From an uncultured bacterium (lineage in GTDB: Bacteria > Krumholzibacteriota > Krumholzibacteriia > LZORAL124-64-63), in contig CALMJK010000004.1 of assembly GCA_937864225.1 (NCBI GenBank), positions 11,700-75,699 of the forward strand: a DNA stretch of 64,000 nucleotides, given 5' to 3'. Every line of letters begins with the position of its first letter. Position 1 is the first letter of the stretch. Under the pieces are notes generated by a model. That model was given only the letters and a program-made list of their open reading frames with translations. It had not been told where the DNA came from and did no database searches. The translations under genes were made by a program, and so were the position numbers. Below are positions 46,314 to 55,625 of this stretch, piece after piece.

Positions 46314-46670
46314 GTGAAGATCAAGGACAAGACCCTGGGCGGCGTCACGCTGCTCGACCTGTCGGGCAAGATCATGGGCGGCGAAGACTACGACGTGTTC
46401 CAGGGCAAGGTGAAGTCGCTGGTTGCCGAGGGAAAGATCGACCTGCTGCTCGACATGGGGGGTGTCGACTGGGTCAACTCGACGGGGTTGGGCATTCTGG
46501 TCGCGGGCTACACGACCCTGCGCAAGAACAACGGCCGCATGAAGATCTGCTGCGTCAGCCGCCGGGTGGACGACATCCTGATCGTCTCGGGGCTGAAGAG
46601 AGTGTTCGAGGTCTTCGACTCGCGGGAAGAGGCGATCGCGTCGTTCGGTCCGACGGCCTCGACGGGGTGA
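46314..46670 (+). CDS. STAS-domain anti-sigma factor antagonist (paralog 2)
   Basis: GTG start; VNSTGLG motif. Confidence 0.8.
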   Translation: MKIKDKTLGGVTLLDLSGKIMGGEDYDVFQGKVKSLVAEGKIDLLLDMGGVDWVNSTGLGILVAGYTTLRKNNGRMKICCVSRRVDDILIVSGLKRVFEVFDSREEAIASFGPTASTG

Positions 46671-47017
46671 GGATCCGCCGTCGCGACGCCGGCAAGGTCG
46701 CGGTGCTTGAGGCCGCCGGCCAACTGGCCGGCGCCGCCGACCAACGGCAGTTTCACGACACGATCCGCGGCTTGGTGGCTGAGGGGCGGCTCGAGGTCCT
46801 GATCGACCTTTCCCGCCTCACCCGGCTCAACTCCACCGGCTTGGGGGCGCTCGTGGCGGGCTACCACACCGTCGCGCGCGCGGGGGGCAGGCTCAAGCTC
46901 TGCGCTGTCAACGACCGCATCGACAGCATCCTGGCCGGCAGCGGGCTTTACAGCGTCTTTGAGGTGTTCCGGACCGAAGAAGAGGCGCTCGTCGCGTTCG
47001 CCCGGCCGCGGGTCTGA
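46667..47017 (+). CDS. STAS-domain anti-sigma factor antagonist (paralog 3)
   Basis: GTG start overlapping previous stop (GTGA); LNSTGLG motif. Confidence 0.75.
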   Translation: MRIRRRDAGKVAVLEAAGQLAGAADQRQFHDTIRGLVAEGRLEVLIDLSRLTRLNSTGLGALVAGYHTVARAGGRLKLCAVNDRIDSILAGSGLYSVFEVFRTEEEALVAFARPRV

Positions 47018-47125
47018 CCGCCGCCGCCAGGGTCCGCGCGAACGGCGCGACGCGCCCTCAAGCTCCCCGGTCGGCGAGCCGATCTTCCTGACGCAGGCCC
47101 CGCCGCGTCACAAAGGAGGCCCGTC

Positions 47126-47596
47126 GTGAGGAGCCAGGCCATGACCGTCACCCGCTCGCCCGCCCTGACCGTCGATGGGGTCGTGCTGCGTTTCCACTGC
47201 CCGCAGCCCGGGCGCGCCTGCTGCGACGTGCTGCTCGTCCAGCGCGCCCGCGAGCCTTTCGCGGGAAGCTGGGCCTTCCCCGGGGGCTTCGTGGAGTACG
47301 GGGAGGACCCCGGCGCGGCCGCGCGCCGCGAAATCGAGGAGGAGACCGGCCTGCACGGCCTTCCCCTGCGCCAGTTCCAGGTGTACGGCGATCCCAAGCG
47401 CGACCCGCGCGGCCACACGGTGACCGTGGTCTATGTCGCCGAGTTGGACGCCGGGGACCGCGGCGGCGACGCCGCGCCCCGCGCCGGCGACGACGCGGCC
47501 GACGCCGCCTGGTTTCCGGTCGATGCCTTGCCCGAGCTTGCGTTCGACCACCGGGAAATCCTCGACGACGTGCTCGACATGCGGGGCGAGCGCTAG
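47126..47596 (+). CDS. NUDIX hydrolase
   Basis: Nudix box GGFVEYGEDPGAAARREIEEETGL. Confidence 0.85.
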   Translation: MRSQAMTVTRSPALTVDGVVLRFHCPQPGRACCDVLLVQRAREPFAGSWAFPGGFVEYGEDPGAAARREIEEETGLHGLPLRQFQVYGDPKRDPRGHTVTVVYVAELDAGDRGGDAAPRAGDDAADAAWFPVDALPELAFDHREILDDVLDMRGER

Positions 47597-47609
47597 GCGC
47601 GCAGGCGGC

Positions 47610-47834
47610 TCAGAACAGGCTTCGCAGCATGAGCGCGCCGCCGAAGAGCGCCAGAGGGATGCCGACCGGCAGGCCCACGATCGTGAAGCAGAGCCCGATG
47701 CCGGCGATCATGAGCACCAGCCCCACGATGGAGCCCACCAGGCGACCCGTGAACTTCAGGACGAAGGCCATCAGGTTCCAGAGCGCCACCAAGGGCCAGA
47801 AAATCCAGGGATAGCCACGCTTCGTATCCGTCAT
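47610..47834 (-). CDS. YccF-like inner membrane protein (DUF307)
   Basis: 74 aa, two hydrophobic helices, YccF-type sequence. Confidence 0.6.
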   Translation of the reverse strand: MTDTKRGYPWIFWPLVALWNLMAFVLKFTGRLVGSIVGLVLMIAGIGLCFTIVGLPVGIPLALFGGALMLRSLF

Positions 47835-48004
47835 CAGGGCGCTCCTTCGTCGGCGCGCGATCCGCGTGTTGCGCGCCTGCGGGAAAGCCGCTAGCTTCCC
47901 CCTGCGTGGCGCGGGCTCGCCGCTCGCGCCATCACTCTAACACTTCGGCGCGACGCGCGTCACCCCTCTCGGCGGGCCCGCGCGACGGGCCCGGGGAGCG
48001 GCTT

Positions 48005-49132
48005 GTGACGGCTCCGAACTCGCCAACGCCAGCGGCCGTGGAAGCCGCCCTGCGCGACGTGCCCTGCCCGGGCATCCGCAAAGACATCGTGACGATCGGG
48101 CTGATTGGGCGCATTGCGGTCGAAGAAGGGCGGGTCAGGGTCGAGATCCTGCACACGAGCGAAAAGCCGGCGCTGATCACCCAGGTCAAGGCCCTGGTGG
48201 AGCAGAAGGTGGAGTCTTTGCCGGGCGTGCGGTCCGTCGATGCCGCCGTCACTCGCCCGCGCGAGATCGAGGCCGCCCCGCGCCGGGCCCACGGTCCTGG
48301 ACACGCGCACGCCGACGCCGGCGCGGGAGCCACAGCGCCGGCCGCTGCCGATCCCTGGGCCGACCGTGCGGCGCTGCCCGGCGTCAAGCACATCGTCATG
48401 GTCGCCAGCGCCAAGGGGGGCGTCGGCAAGTCGTCGGTCGCGGTGAATCTCGCCCTCGCCTTGCGTGACCGGCAAAGGAAGGTCGGCCTGCTCGACGCCG
48501 ACGTGTACGGGCCCTCGATCCCCGCGATGCTCGGCACGAATCAGGCTCCGCGCGTGTCGAGCGAGCACGAGATCGAACCGATCCAGACGCGCGGCCTGCA
48601 GGTGATGTCGATCGGGCTGTTGGTGCCCCCCGAGCAGGCGATGGTCTGGCGCGGACCCATGGTCTTCGCGGCCGTGAAGCAGTTCCTGAAGGACGTGCGC
48701 TGGCACGACCGCGATTACCTGATCGTGGACATGCCGCCCGGCACCGGCGACGCGCAATTGACCATGGTGCAGCAGGTGCCCGTCGATGGCGTTGTGATCG
48801 TGACGACCCCGCAGGAGATCGCTCTGGCTGACGTGAGGCGCGGCATCCAGATGTTCGGCAAGGTGGCGGTGCCGGTCCTGGGCGTGGTCGAGAACATGAG
48901 CGCGTTCATTTGCCCGCACTGCGGCGAGCGGACGGACATTTTCGGCGCGGGCGGCGGCCGCGCGGTCGCACAGGCGTTCGGGGTGCCTTTCCTGGGCGAA
49001 ATCCCGCTCGACCCGGCCCTGCGCGCGGGCGGCGACGCGGGCTGTCCCGCGATGGACGACCCGCACAGCCCTTCTCGCGCCGCCTTCCTGGCCCTGGCCG
49101 ATCGGGTCGTGGAATTTGTCGAGCGAGCCTGA
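48005..49132 (+). CDS. apbC: Mrp/NBP35 (ApbC) Fe-S cluster carrier ATPase with N-terminal DUF59/MIP18 domain
   Basis: GTG at residue 34 of ORF 47906 preferred (GGGGAG SD); deviant Walker A KGGVGKSS; CPHCG cluster-binding motif. Confidence 0.85.
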   Translation: MTAPNSPTPAAVEAALRDVPCPGIRKDIVTIGLIGRIAVEEGRVRVEILHTSEKPALITQVKALVEQKVESLPGVRSVDAAVTRPREIEAAPRRAHGPGHAHADAGAGATAPAAADPWADRAALPGVKHIVMVASAKGGVGKSSVAVNLALALRDRQRKVGLLDADVYGPSIPAMLGTNQAPRVSSEHEIEPIQTRGLQVMSIGLLVPPEQAMVWRGPMVFAAVKQFLKDVRWHDRDYLIVDMPPGTGDAQLTMVQQVPVDGVVIVTTPQEIALADVRRGIQMFGKVAVPVLGVVENMSAFICPHCGERTDIFGAGGGRAVAQAFGVPFLGEIPLDPALRAGGDAGCPAMDDPHSPSRAAFLALADRVVEFVERA

Positions 49133-50309
49133 GTTCTCCGGGCGCGGCGAGCGCCTGCTCTTCGCGGCCCTGCTGGCGTGCGCCGCCGCGGCGAGCGTGT
49201 CGGTGGCCGTCTCGCAGGCGGCGCTCGGGCTCGCCCTGCTGCTGGCGCTCGTCCGCTGGGCGCGACGGCGCGAGCGGCCCGCGCGCACGGGACTCGAACT
49301 GCCCGCGTCCCTGCTGGCCGGCTGGGCCCTGGCCACCATCCCCTTTTCCGGCGAGCCGCAGCAGAGTCTGGTTTTCGCGAGGCGTTTCTTCCTCTTGGCG
49401 CCGCTTTGGCTCTTCGCGACGTACGCGGCGACGGAACGCCGCCGCCGCTGGGTCCTGGGGGCGCTGCTGGCCGGGGCGACGGCGGTGGCGCTGCGAGGCG
49501 TGGCGGACGTCATCCGGCACGGCGCCGTGGACCTGGCGCATCGGGCGACCCTGACCCAGGGCTACATGACCGGTGGCGGCCTGATGATGCTGGCCGCGCT
49601 CGTCGCGCTCGCGCACCTGGCGGCGGCGCGTGGCGCGCGCGCCCGCGCGGTACTGGGCGTCGCGCTGGGGACGGTGCTCGCCGCGCTCGTGCTCACCTTC
49701 ACGCGCAGTTCCTGGCTCGGTTTCCTCGCCGGCGCCTGCGCGGTGCTCGGACTGCTGCGGGCGCGGCTATTGATCCCGCTCGCGGCCGCGGCGGCCCTCG
49801 GCCTGGCCGTGGCGCCGGCGTCCGTCCGCGAGCGCTTCGCCTCCTCGTTCGACCCCGGCCACGAGAACAACGTGCAGCGCGTGATCATGTGGCAGACCGG
49901 CCTGCACATGCTGCGCGACCACCCGGTCACCGGCGTGGGCGACCGTGACCTGAAGCGGCTCTACCGTGACTACCACGCCGGCGACGACGGCGTGGAGATC
50001 CAGGGTCACCTGCACAACAACCTCGTGCAGTTCGGCGCGATCTGGGGGGCGCCGGGCCTGGCGTTCGGGGCCTGGTTCCTGGTTGCGGTCGCCGTGCGTC
50101 TCTTCCGCGCGCGCCGCGCGCAACTCGCCGGCGCGGAGCGCGCTCCGCCGCTCGCCCTCGGTTGGACGCTCGCCGCCCTCGGCTGCTGGGTCGCCTTCAA
50201 CGTGGCCGGACTGTTCGAGTGGAACTTCGGCGACGCCGAAGTGCTGCTGCTGACGATGCTGACGGCGGGGTTGGGTTTGGGCGGCGGCGAACAGCGCCCG
50301 GATGCCTAG
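49116..50309 (+). CDS. O-antigen ligase (Wzy_C/WaaL) family membrane protein
   Basis: ~10 TM; LTFTRSSWLG..., periplasmic loop with HLHNNLVQ; TTG start uncertain (GTG 49199 alternative). Confidence 0.65.
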   Translation: MSSEPEFSGRGERLLFAALLACAAAASVSVAVSQAALGLALLLALVRWARRRERPARTGLELPASLLAGWALATIPFSGEPQQSLVFARRFFLLAPLWLFATYAATERRRRWVLGALLAGATAVALRGVADVIRHGAVDLAHRATLTQGYMTGGGLMMLAALVALAHLAAARGARARAVLGVALGTVLAALVLTFTRSSWLGFLAGACAVLGLLRARLLIPLAAAAALGLAVAPASVRERFASSFDPGHENNVQRVIMWQTGLHMLRDHPVTGVGDRDLKRLYRDYHAGDDGVEIQGHLHNNLVQFGAIWGAPGLAFGAWFLVAVAVRLFRARRAQLAGAERAPPLALGWTLAALGCWVAFNVAGLFEWNFGDAEVLLLTMLTAGLGLGGGEQRPDA

Positions 50310-51868
50310 TCCGAATAGCCCAGTTGCTTCAATTGCCGTCTGACCCGGTCCTCGACGCTCTCCCAGCCTTCCCCGGCCTGCGCCGCGGGCCGGGCGGCGC
50401 GCAAGGGCGCGGCCGCCTCGAGCAGTTCGGCCGTGATCTCGGGGCGTGTCACGCGCAGATCCTCCTGCTCGGCGGAGTCGGCGGCGAGGTCGAAAAGCGC
50501 CAAGGGCGCGCCTTCACGGGAGGCGATCAGCTTCCAGGCTCCGCGCCGGACCGCGATCAGGTCCGGACCGTAGGCGATGTCCTCGATCAAGAGCGTGCGC
50601 TCGCTGCCTTCCCCTTCATCCAGCATCTGAGCCACCGCACGGGGCGCGCCGCCCGCGTTGGCGCGCACGGCTGACTTCGCGGCCGCGACCTGGCTGCGGC
50701 CTGCCAAGCCCGGCCTCACGGCGGACAACGGCGGCGGCTCGGCGCCCACCCATTCGCACAGCGTGGGAGCGACGTCGCACAACGACACCGGACCGGCCAC
50801 GCGCGAGCCGGCGGGCACGCCGGGCCCGGCCGCGACCCAGGGGACGCGCACGACCTCCTGGAACAGCGCGTGACCATGGCCGATCCCGTGCAGGCCGCGC
50901 GGGTCGTGGCCCCAGGCGCGCGAGGCGGCGAGGTGGTCGTGGAACTCCTCGCCGTGGTCCGAGAACACGGTCACGACGGTGTTGCGATCGAGGCTCCAGG
51001 CGCGCAGCTGCGCGACGGCCTCGGCGACGGCCGCGTCGGCCGCCTGCACGCTGGCGTCGTAGAGGGCGAGCTTGATCGCCAAGGCGGCGCGCGTGGCGTC
51101 ATCGGCGGGCCAGGGCGAGCGCCCCAGGTGCGGCGTGCCGTGGTCCGGGTCGCCCCAGCGGGCCAGGGCGCGCAGCGCCGCGCGCCGCGGACGGGTGGGG
51201 AGGGCCGCGAGGCGGGGAGCGAGCAGGCGGCGTGGCGGCAGCGTCGGCTCGTGGGGATCGTTCATGAGCACGAAGCAGAAGAAAGGGGTCTGTGCGTGGC
51301 GTCGGATCCAGTCGAGGGCGAGGTACACGACCTCGCGCGCCGGCAGATTCGCATATCGCCGCGTCTGGAACGTCTCGGCCAGGCCGAAGCCGACGAACGG
51401 GTTGGCGTAGAAGGCGGCGGTGCGCCAGCCCAGTCGACTCAGGTGGGAGGCCAATGTGGAAGGAGCGCCCCCGTAGCTTTGGGGGGGCTGGCGGTCGAGG
51501 TCGCGCACCACGCCCGCCAGACCCGCGCCGTGCACGGAGGGCATGACTCCGGTCAGGGCGCTGGAGAACGAGGGGAGGGTCCAGGGGGCGGCGGCCGTGA
51601 CGTCGGCGAAGACCGCTCCTGCGGCGCCGAGGGCGTCCAGCGCGGGAGTCAGGCTACGGCGGGCGCCGCCCGCGGCCGTGCGATCGGCGCGCAAGGTGTC
51701 GATCGCCAGCACGAGCAGGTTCGGCGGGCCGGAACGGTCGGATCGGATCCGCGCGGGCGACCACAGGCGGCGACCGTGCAGCGCCCAGCGTCGCGCCGCC
51801 GCCGCGAGTTTGCAGGCGGCGCCGATGTCGGCGAACGGGTCGTCGAGCATGCCGCCTCCGCCGCCCAT
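50306..51868 (-). CDS. sulfatase-fold (alkaline phosphatase superfamily) enzyme lacking canonical C/S-x-P-x-R fGly motif
   Basis: Sulfatase-family N-domain (LLVLAIDTLRAD...), motif position reads TLPSFSSALTG; C-terminal ...QLGYSD; alternative start 51850; upstream part of ORF 53101 is wrong-frame artifact. Confidence 0.7.
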   Translation of the reverse strand: MGGGGGMLDDPFADIGAACKLAAAARRWALHGRRLWSPARIRSDRSGPPNLLVLAIDTLRADRTAAGGARRSLTPALDALGAAGAVFADVTAAAPWTLPSFSSALTGVMPSVHGAGLAGVVRDLDRQPPQSYGGAPSTLASHLSRLGWRTAAFYANPFVGFGLAETFQTRRYANLPAREVVYLALDWIRRHAQTPFFCFVLMNDPHEPTLPPRRLLAPRLAALPTRPRRAALRALARWGDPDHGTPHLGRSPWPADDATRAALAIKLALYDASVQAADAAVAEAVAQLRAWSLDRNTVVTVFSDHGEEFHDHLAASRAWGHDPRGLHGIGHGHALFQEVVRVPWVAAGPGVPAGSRVAGPVSLCDVAPTLCEWVGAEPPPLSAVRPGLAGRSQVAAAKSAVRANAGGAPRAVAQMLDEGEGSERTLLIEDIAYGPDLIAVRRGAWKLIASREGAPLALFDLAADSAEQEDLRVTRPEITAELLEAAAPLRAARPAAQAGEGWESVEDRVRRQLKQLGYSD

Positions 51869-51879
51869 GCCCCCGGTCG

Positions 51880-52965
51880 TCAGGCTGGAATCCGCAGCTC
51901 GGCTTCGATGCGCCTGGCGATCGACCGGATTTCGGACTCCGTGAGCGCGCCCTTCTTCTTGGTGTCTTCGAATTTCTCCAGCAGCGTCCGCGCGTCCTCG
52001 CGCACCGCCCGCACGAGCGGACGGAATTCCTTCCACGCCCGGTCCTGCGCCGCGCCCAGCACGGTGTCCACGTCGCGCAACGATGCCACCGCCAAGGCGC
52101 TGAGCCCCTGCTGGAGCGCGAGATCCGTCTTGCTCAAGTACCAATTGGCCTCGGCCAGGAACGAGCCGACGTTCATGTGCGAAATGTAGCTGGCGGAGTC
52201 CCGCAGCAGGCTGCGCGCCTCGCTGCGGTTGTTGCGGTCGAGCGCGTCCATCGCGCTCTGGAAAATCGCCAAGGACCGCTGCACGGGCCCGTCGAGGTTC
52301 GGTTGCGCCGTCGCCGCCACCAGAACGTCGAGCGCCTCCTCGCACGGCTGCGTCTTGCCGTCGCGGTAGAGGGTCATGACCATCGCGGCCATGGGGTCCA
52401 GGTCCTGCAGCGGATAGAGCTGTCGATATTTTTCGATCGCCAACTGCAGGCGCAGGAAGGCAGCCGTCGGGTCGCCCCGCTCGCCCAGGTCCATCTCCTG
52501 GCGGAGCGAGCCGATGCAGGCGTGCAATGTCCTGCTCGGAGAGCTTTGCTGCACGACTTCGAACAGCAGTTGGCAGTTTTCGCGGTCGTAGGCGATGTCG
52601 GACAGGCTGTGCTCTGCAATCGAGATGCGCAGATGGTGCAGCCAGTCGTACAACGTGTTGCTGCCGCGACGCAACAGCCGCACGGACCCCAAGCCGGTCT
52701 GGCGAGCCGTGTCGGTGACCTCCAGGATCTCGCCGATGTCGCGCGGCATGCCGGCCGGCCGAGCTCGCCTCGAGGCGTCGATCTCTCCGCGCTGCGTGGC
52801 CTCCGGTATGCCCTTCTTGACGGGCTTGTCCTGGGCGCGAGGGGCAGGCGCGGCGGGCCACAGCAGCCCGACGGCCAGCGTGACGAAAGCGGCGGCGGCA
52901 AGCAAGGCGGGGCGGCGCGCGGCGCGGCGCCTGCGCCAGCAACGAGCGCCAGCGGCGGTCTCCAT
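51880..52965 (-). CDS. hypothetical secreted/membrane-anchored protein (no recognisable domain)
   Basis: 361 aa, N-terminal hydrophobic anchor, ordinary composition; 11-nt gap to sulfatase-fold gene on same strand. Confidence 0.55.
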   Translation of the reverse strand: METAAGARCWRRRRAARRPALLAAAAFVTLAVGLLWPAAPAPRAQDKPVKKGIPEATQRGEIDASRRARPAGMPRDIGEILEVTDTARQTGLGSVRLLRRGSNTLYDWLHHLRISIAEHSLSDIAYDRENCQLLFEVVQQSSPSRTLHACIGSLRQEMDLGERGDPTAAFLRLQLAIEKYRQLYPLQDLDPMAAMVMTLYRDGKTQPCEEALDVLVAATAQPNLDGPVQRSLAIFQSAMDALDRNNRSEARSLLRDSASYISHMNVGSFLAEANWYLSKTDLALQQGLSALAVASLRDVDTVLGAAQDRAWKEFRPLVRAVREDARTLLEKFEDTKKKGALTESEIRSIARRIEAELRIPA

Positions 52966-53244
52966 CGAACACCTCCCGGCTCGGCTCCGGCCCGGCCGGC
53001 CGCGGCGAGGGAACCCCCTTCTCGCGCGCGAGCCCGGCTCGGCCGAAAACCGTGGCCCAACGGGGCCAGCCTATTGTACGCCCGGCGGGGAACGCCCACA
53101 ACCTCGTTGCGGCGGCCTGCCCAGGGCAACGGGGGAATCCTGATCTTGATTAGGGGCGGTCGCTGTCCTAGTGTTGGCAGACTCACCCTTTCGCGGCCCC
53201 GCCGTCCTTCGCCGGCCCATTTGTTTTGAAGGGAGCGTCGCTCG

Positions 53245-55611
53245 ATGCCAAGTCCGATCCGGAGCCGCCAGGCTTCCCTCCGGCGCGCCGCGCCGGCCGC
53301 CGTCTGCGCTGCCCTCTGCTGCGGCGTCCTGGCGCCGGCCGCGGCCGGCGCCGCCTTGGCTGACCATCCCGTGCTGTCGGAAGTGGTCGTGCAAGTGCGC
53401 ACGACGCCGCTGACGGGCAGCAAGTATGTCGAGCTGGTCAACCCCACGGCGGTCGATCTCGACCTGTCCGACGTGCACCTCACCGACGCCACCTTCAACT
53501 CGCCGCCGACCTACTACTACGACATCGTCAAGCTCGGCGGCGCCGGCGGCGGCGGCAGCAGCGGCGATTTCCACGCCCGCTTCCCCGCTGGCGCGACGCT
53601 AGCGGCGGGCGACACGATCGCCGTCGCGATCACCGGGAGCGCGGAATACCAGGCCGCTTACGGGCGGCTGCCGGACTACGAACTGTACGAGGACGGCATT
53701 GCGCCCGATGCCGTGCCGGAGCTGGCGGCGGTGTTTCCGGGCAGCATCGGGCGCGGGCTCGGCACGGCGAACACGAACACGCCCGATCTCACCTCCGGAG
53801 GAGAGACGGTCGTGCTCTACCGCTGGGACGGCCAGAGCGACCTCGTCCAGGACCTCGATTATGTGATCTGGGGCACCGTCGTCTCGGTGCGGGTGGACAA
53901 GACCCTCGTGAGCGTGGACGGGCCGGATCCCGACACGACGCCGAGCGATTATCTGCCCGACACCTCAGTCGCGATACAGCAGGTGGTCGCGAGCGCGGCG
54001 CACAACTACGGCAATTCATTCCAGCGCCGCTCGCTCGACGAGGGGACGGAGACCGCCGCCGGCGGCAACGGCCTGACCGGCCACGACGAGACGAGCGAAC
54101 CGTTGGGCGCGACGTGGCGGATCGATCTGCCCAACAGCCCGCCGCTGGCGCCGATCGCGTTCACTCCCCCAGCGCCGATCGTCACGCGCGCCGAGGTGGA
54201 TCCCGCCCAGCCTTGGGCGGCGCAACCGATCGCCGTCGTCGCCACGGTGCTGGCCTTCGACACGGTGGAGGAGGTTTCCCTGTACTGGAGCGCGGACGGC
54301 GGCGCCTTCACGGAGGTCGCCTGCGCGCCAGGAGAAGGCAACGATTGGACGGGCCAGATCCCGGCCCAGGAGGTGGGCGTCGACGTGCGCTGGTACCTGC
54401 GCGCGACGGGCAGCGGCGGCGGCGTGGGCGTGCTGCCCGCGGCGGCGCCGCTCTACTTCAACACCTTCACGGTCCAGGATGCGCCAAATTGGCCGCCGCT
54501 GCTGCTGATCAGCGAAGTCTGCGTGCTGGGCTCGTCGAACGAGTTCGTGGAGATCGTCAACCCCGGAACGGCGGCCGTCGATCTGGGCAACTACTACCTG
54601 ACCGACGCGATCTACGCGCCTCAGTACTACTGGCGGATCGTGTTGCCCAACCCGACGCAGGCCACGGTGGGAGGCGGCGACTACACCGATTTCCACGCTC
54701 GCTTCCCGGACGGCGCGACCGTCGCGGCGGGGGACACCATCACGGTCGCCGTCGCCGGCAGCGCGGCCTTCGAGGGAGTCTACGGCTACCTTCCCGACTA
54801 CGAGTTGTTCGAGGATGGGGGCGAACCCGACGAGATCCCCGACATGCGCGAGGTGTTCCCGGGCAGCATCGTCGGCAGCACGAGCCCGTCGCTCTCCAAC
54901 GCCGGCGAGATCGTCGTGCTCTACCACTGGGACGGGGCGAGCGACCTGGTCACCGACATCGACGTGTTCCTGTGGGGCACCGCCACGAGCTACCGCTTCG
55001 ACAAGACCGGCGTGAGCATCGACGGCCCCGACGCCGACACGACGCCGAGCGCCTACCTGCCCGACACCGCGGTCGGCGCCCAGCAGCCGTTCACGACCGA
55101 GCACGCCTTCGGCGACTCCTACACGCGTGTCGACGGTGACGAGGGCGCCGAGGTCGGCAGCGGCGGCAACGGCACCTTCGGCCACAACGAGACGAGCGAG
55201 GATCTGCCGAACACGTTCGCCATACAGGCGGCATCGCCGGCCTATCCAGGCACGGGCGGTCTCGAGGGGGGAGGCGGGGTGACGCTCGTCGTCCCAGCGC
55301 GCACCTTCCTGCCGCGTTTCGGCGAGGTGTTCCCGGTGAAATTCCGCTCGCTGCTCGGTTGCCAGACCGAGGTGCGCATCTACGACCTGACGGGCCGCCA
55401 CGTCGTCACGCTGTTCGACAGCCGCTTCGACGGGATCGCGGCCACGGCGCCGGACCGTTTCACGGAGCGCCGCTGGGACGGCCGCGACGACGAGTTCGAA
55501 TTCGTGCCGGCGGGCGTCTACGTGGTGCACCTGGCCGTGACCAACGCGCGCTCCGGTGACCGGGAAACGAAGACCGCGCCCGTGGTCGTGGCCACGCGGC
55601 TGAGCGACTGA
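53245..55611 (+). CDS. secreted protein with two lamin-tail-domain (LTD)-like repeats and C-terminal T9SS/FlgD-Ig-like domain
   Basis: Signal peptide; two ~390-aa internal repeats each starting with an LTD-like motif (SEV...EFVEIVNP...VDL..YYLTD); C-terminal ...IYDLTGRHVVTL...WDGRDD...AGVYVVHL domain. Confidence 0.75.
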   Translation: MPSPIRSRQASLRRAAPAAVCAALCCGVLAPAAAGAALADHPVLSEVVVQVRTTPLTGSKYVELVNPTAVDLDLSDVHLTDATFNSPPTYYYDIVKLGGAGGGGSSGDFHARFPAGATLAAGDTIAVAITGSAEYQAAYGRLPDYELYEDGIAPDAVPELAAVFPGSIGRGLGTANTNTPDLTSGGETVVLYRWDGQSDLVQDLDYVIWGTVVSVRVDKTLVSVDGPDPDTTPSDYLPDTSVAIQQVVASAAHNYGNSFQRRSLDEGTETAAGGNGLTGHDETSEPLGATWRIDLPNSPPLAPIAFTPPAPIVTRAEVDPAQPWAAQPIAVVATVLAFDTVEEVSLYWSADGGAFTEVACAPGEGNDWTGQIPAQEVGVDVRWYLRATGSGGGVGVLPAAAPLYFNTFTVQDAPNWPPLLLISEVCVLGSSNEFVEIVNPGTAAVDLGNYYLTDAIYAPQYYWRIVLPNPTQATVGGGDYTDFHARFPDGATVAAGDTITVAVAGSAAFEGVYGYLPDYELFEDGGEPDEIPDMREVFPGSIVGSTSPSLSNAGEIVVLYHWDGASDLVTDIDVFLWGTATSYRFDKTGVSIDGPDADTTPSAYLPDTAVGAQQPFTTEHAFGDSYTRVDGDEGAEVGSGGNGTFGHNETSEDLPNTFAIQAASPAYPGTGGLEGGGGVTLVVPARTFLPRFGEVFPVKFRSLLGCQTEVRIYDLTGRHVVTLFDSRFDGIAATAPDRFTERRWDGRDDEFEFVPAGVYVVHLAVTNARSGDRETKTAPVVVATRLSD

Positions 55612-55625
55612 GAGGGGGAGCGACA

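Noticed and set aside
51869-53101. Upstream 411 codons of minus ORF 50306-53101
   Set aside because: Wrong frame across the 51880-52965 gene (R/G/A-rich); the sulfatase-fold gene starts at internal ATG 51868 or 51850.
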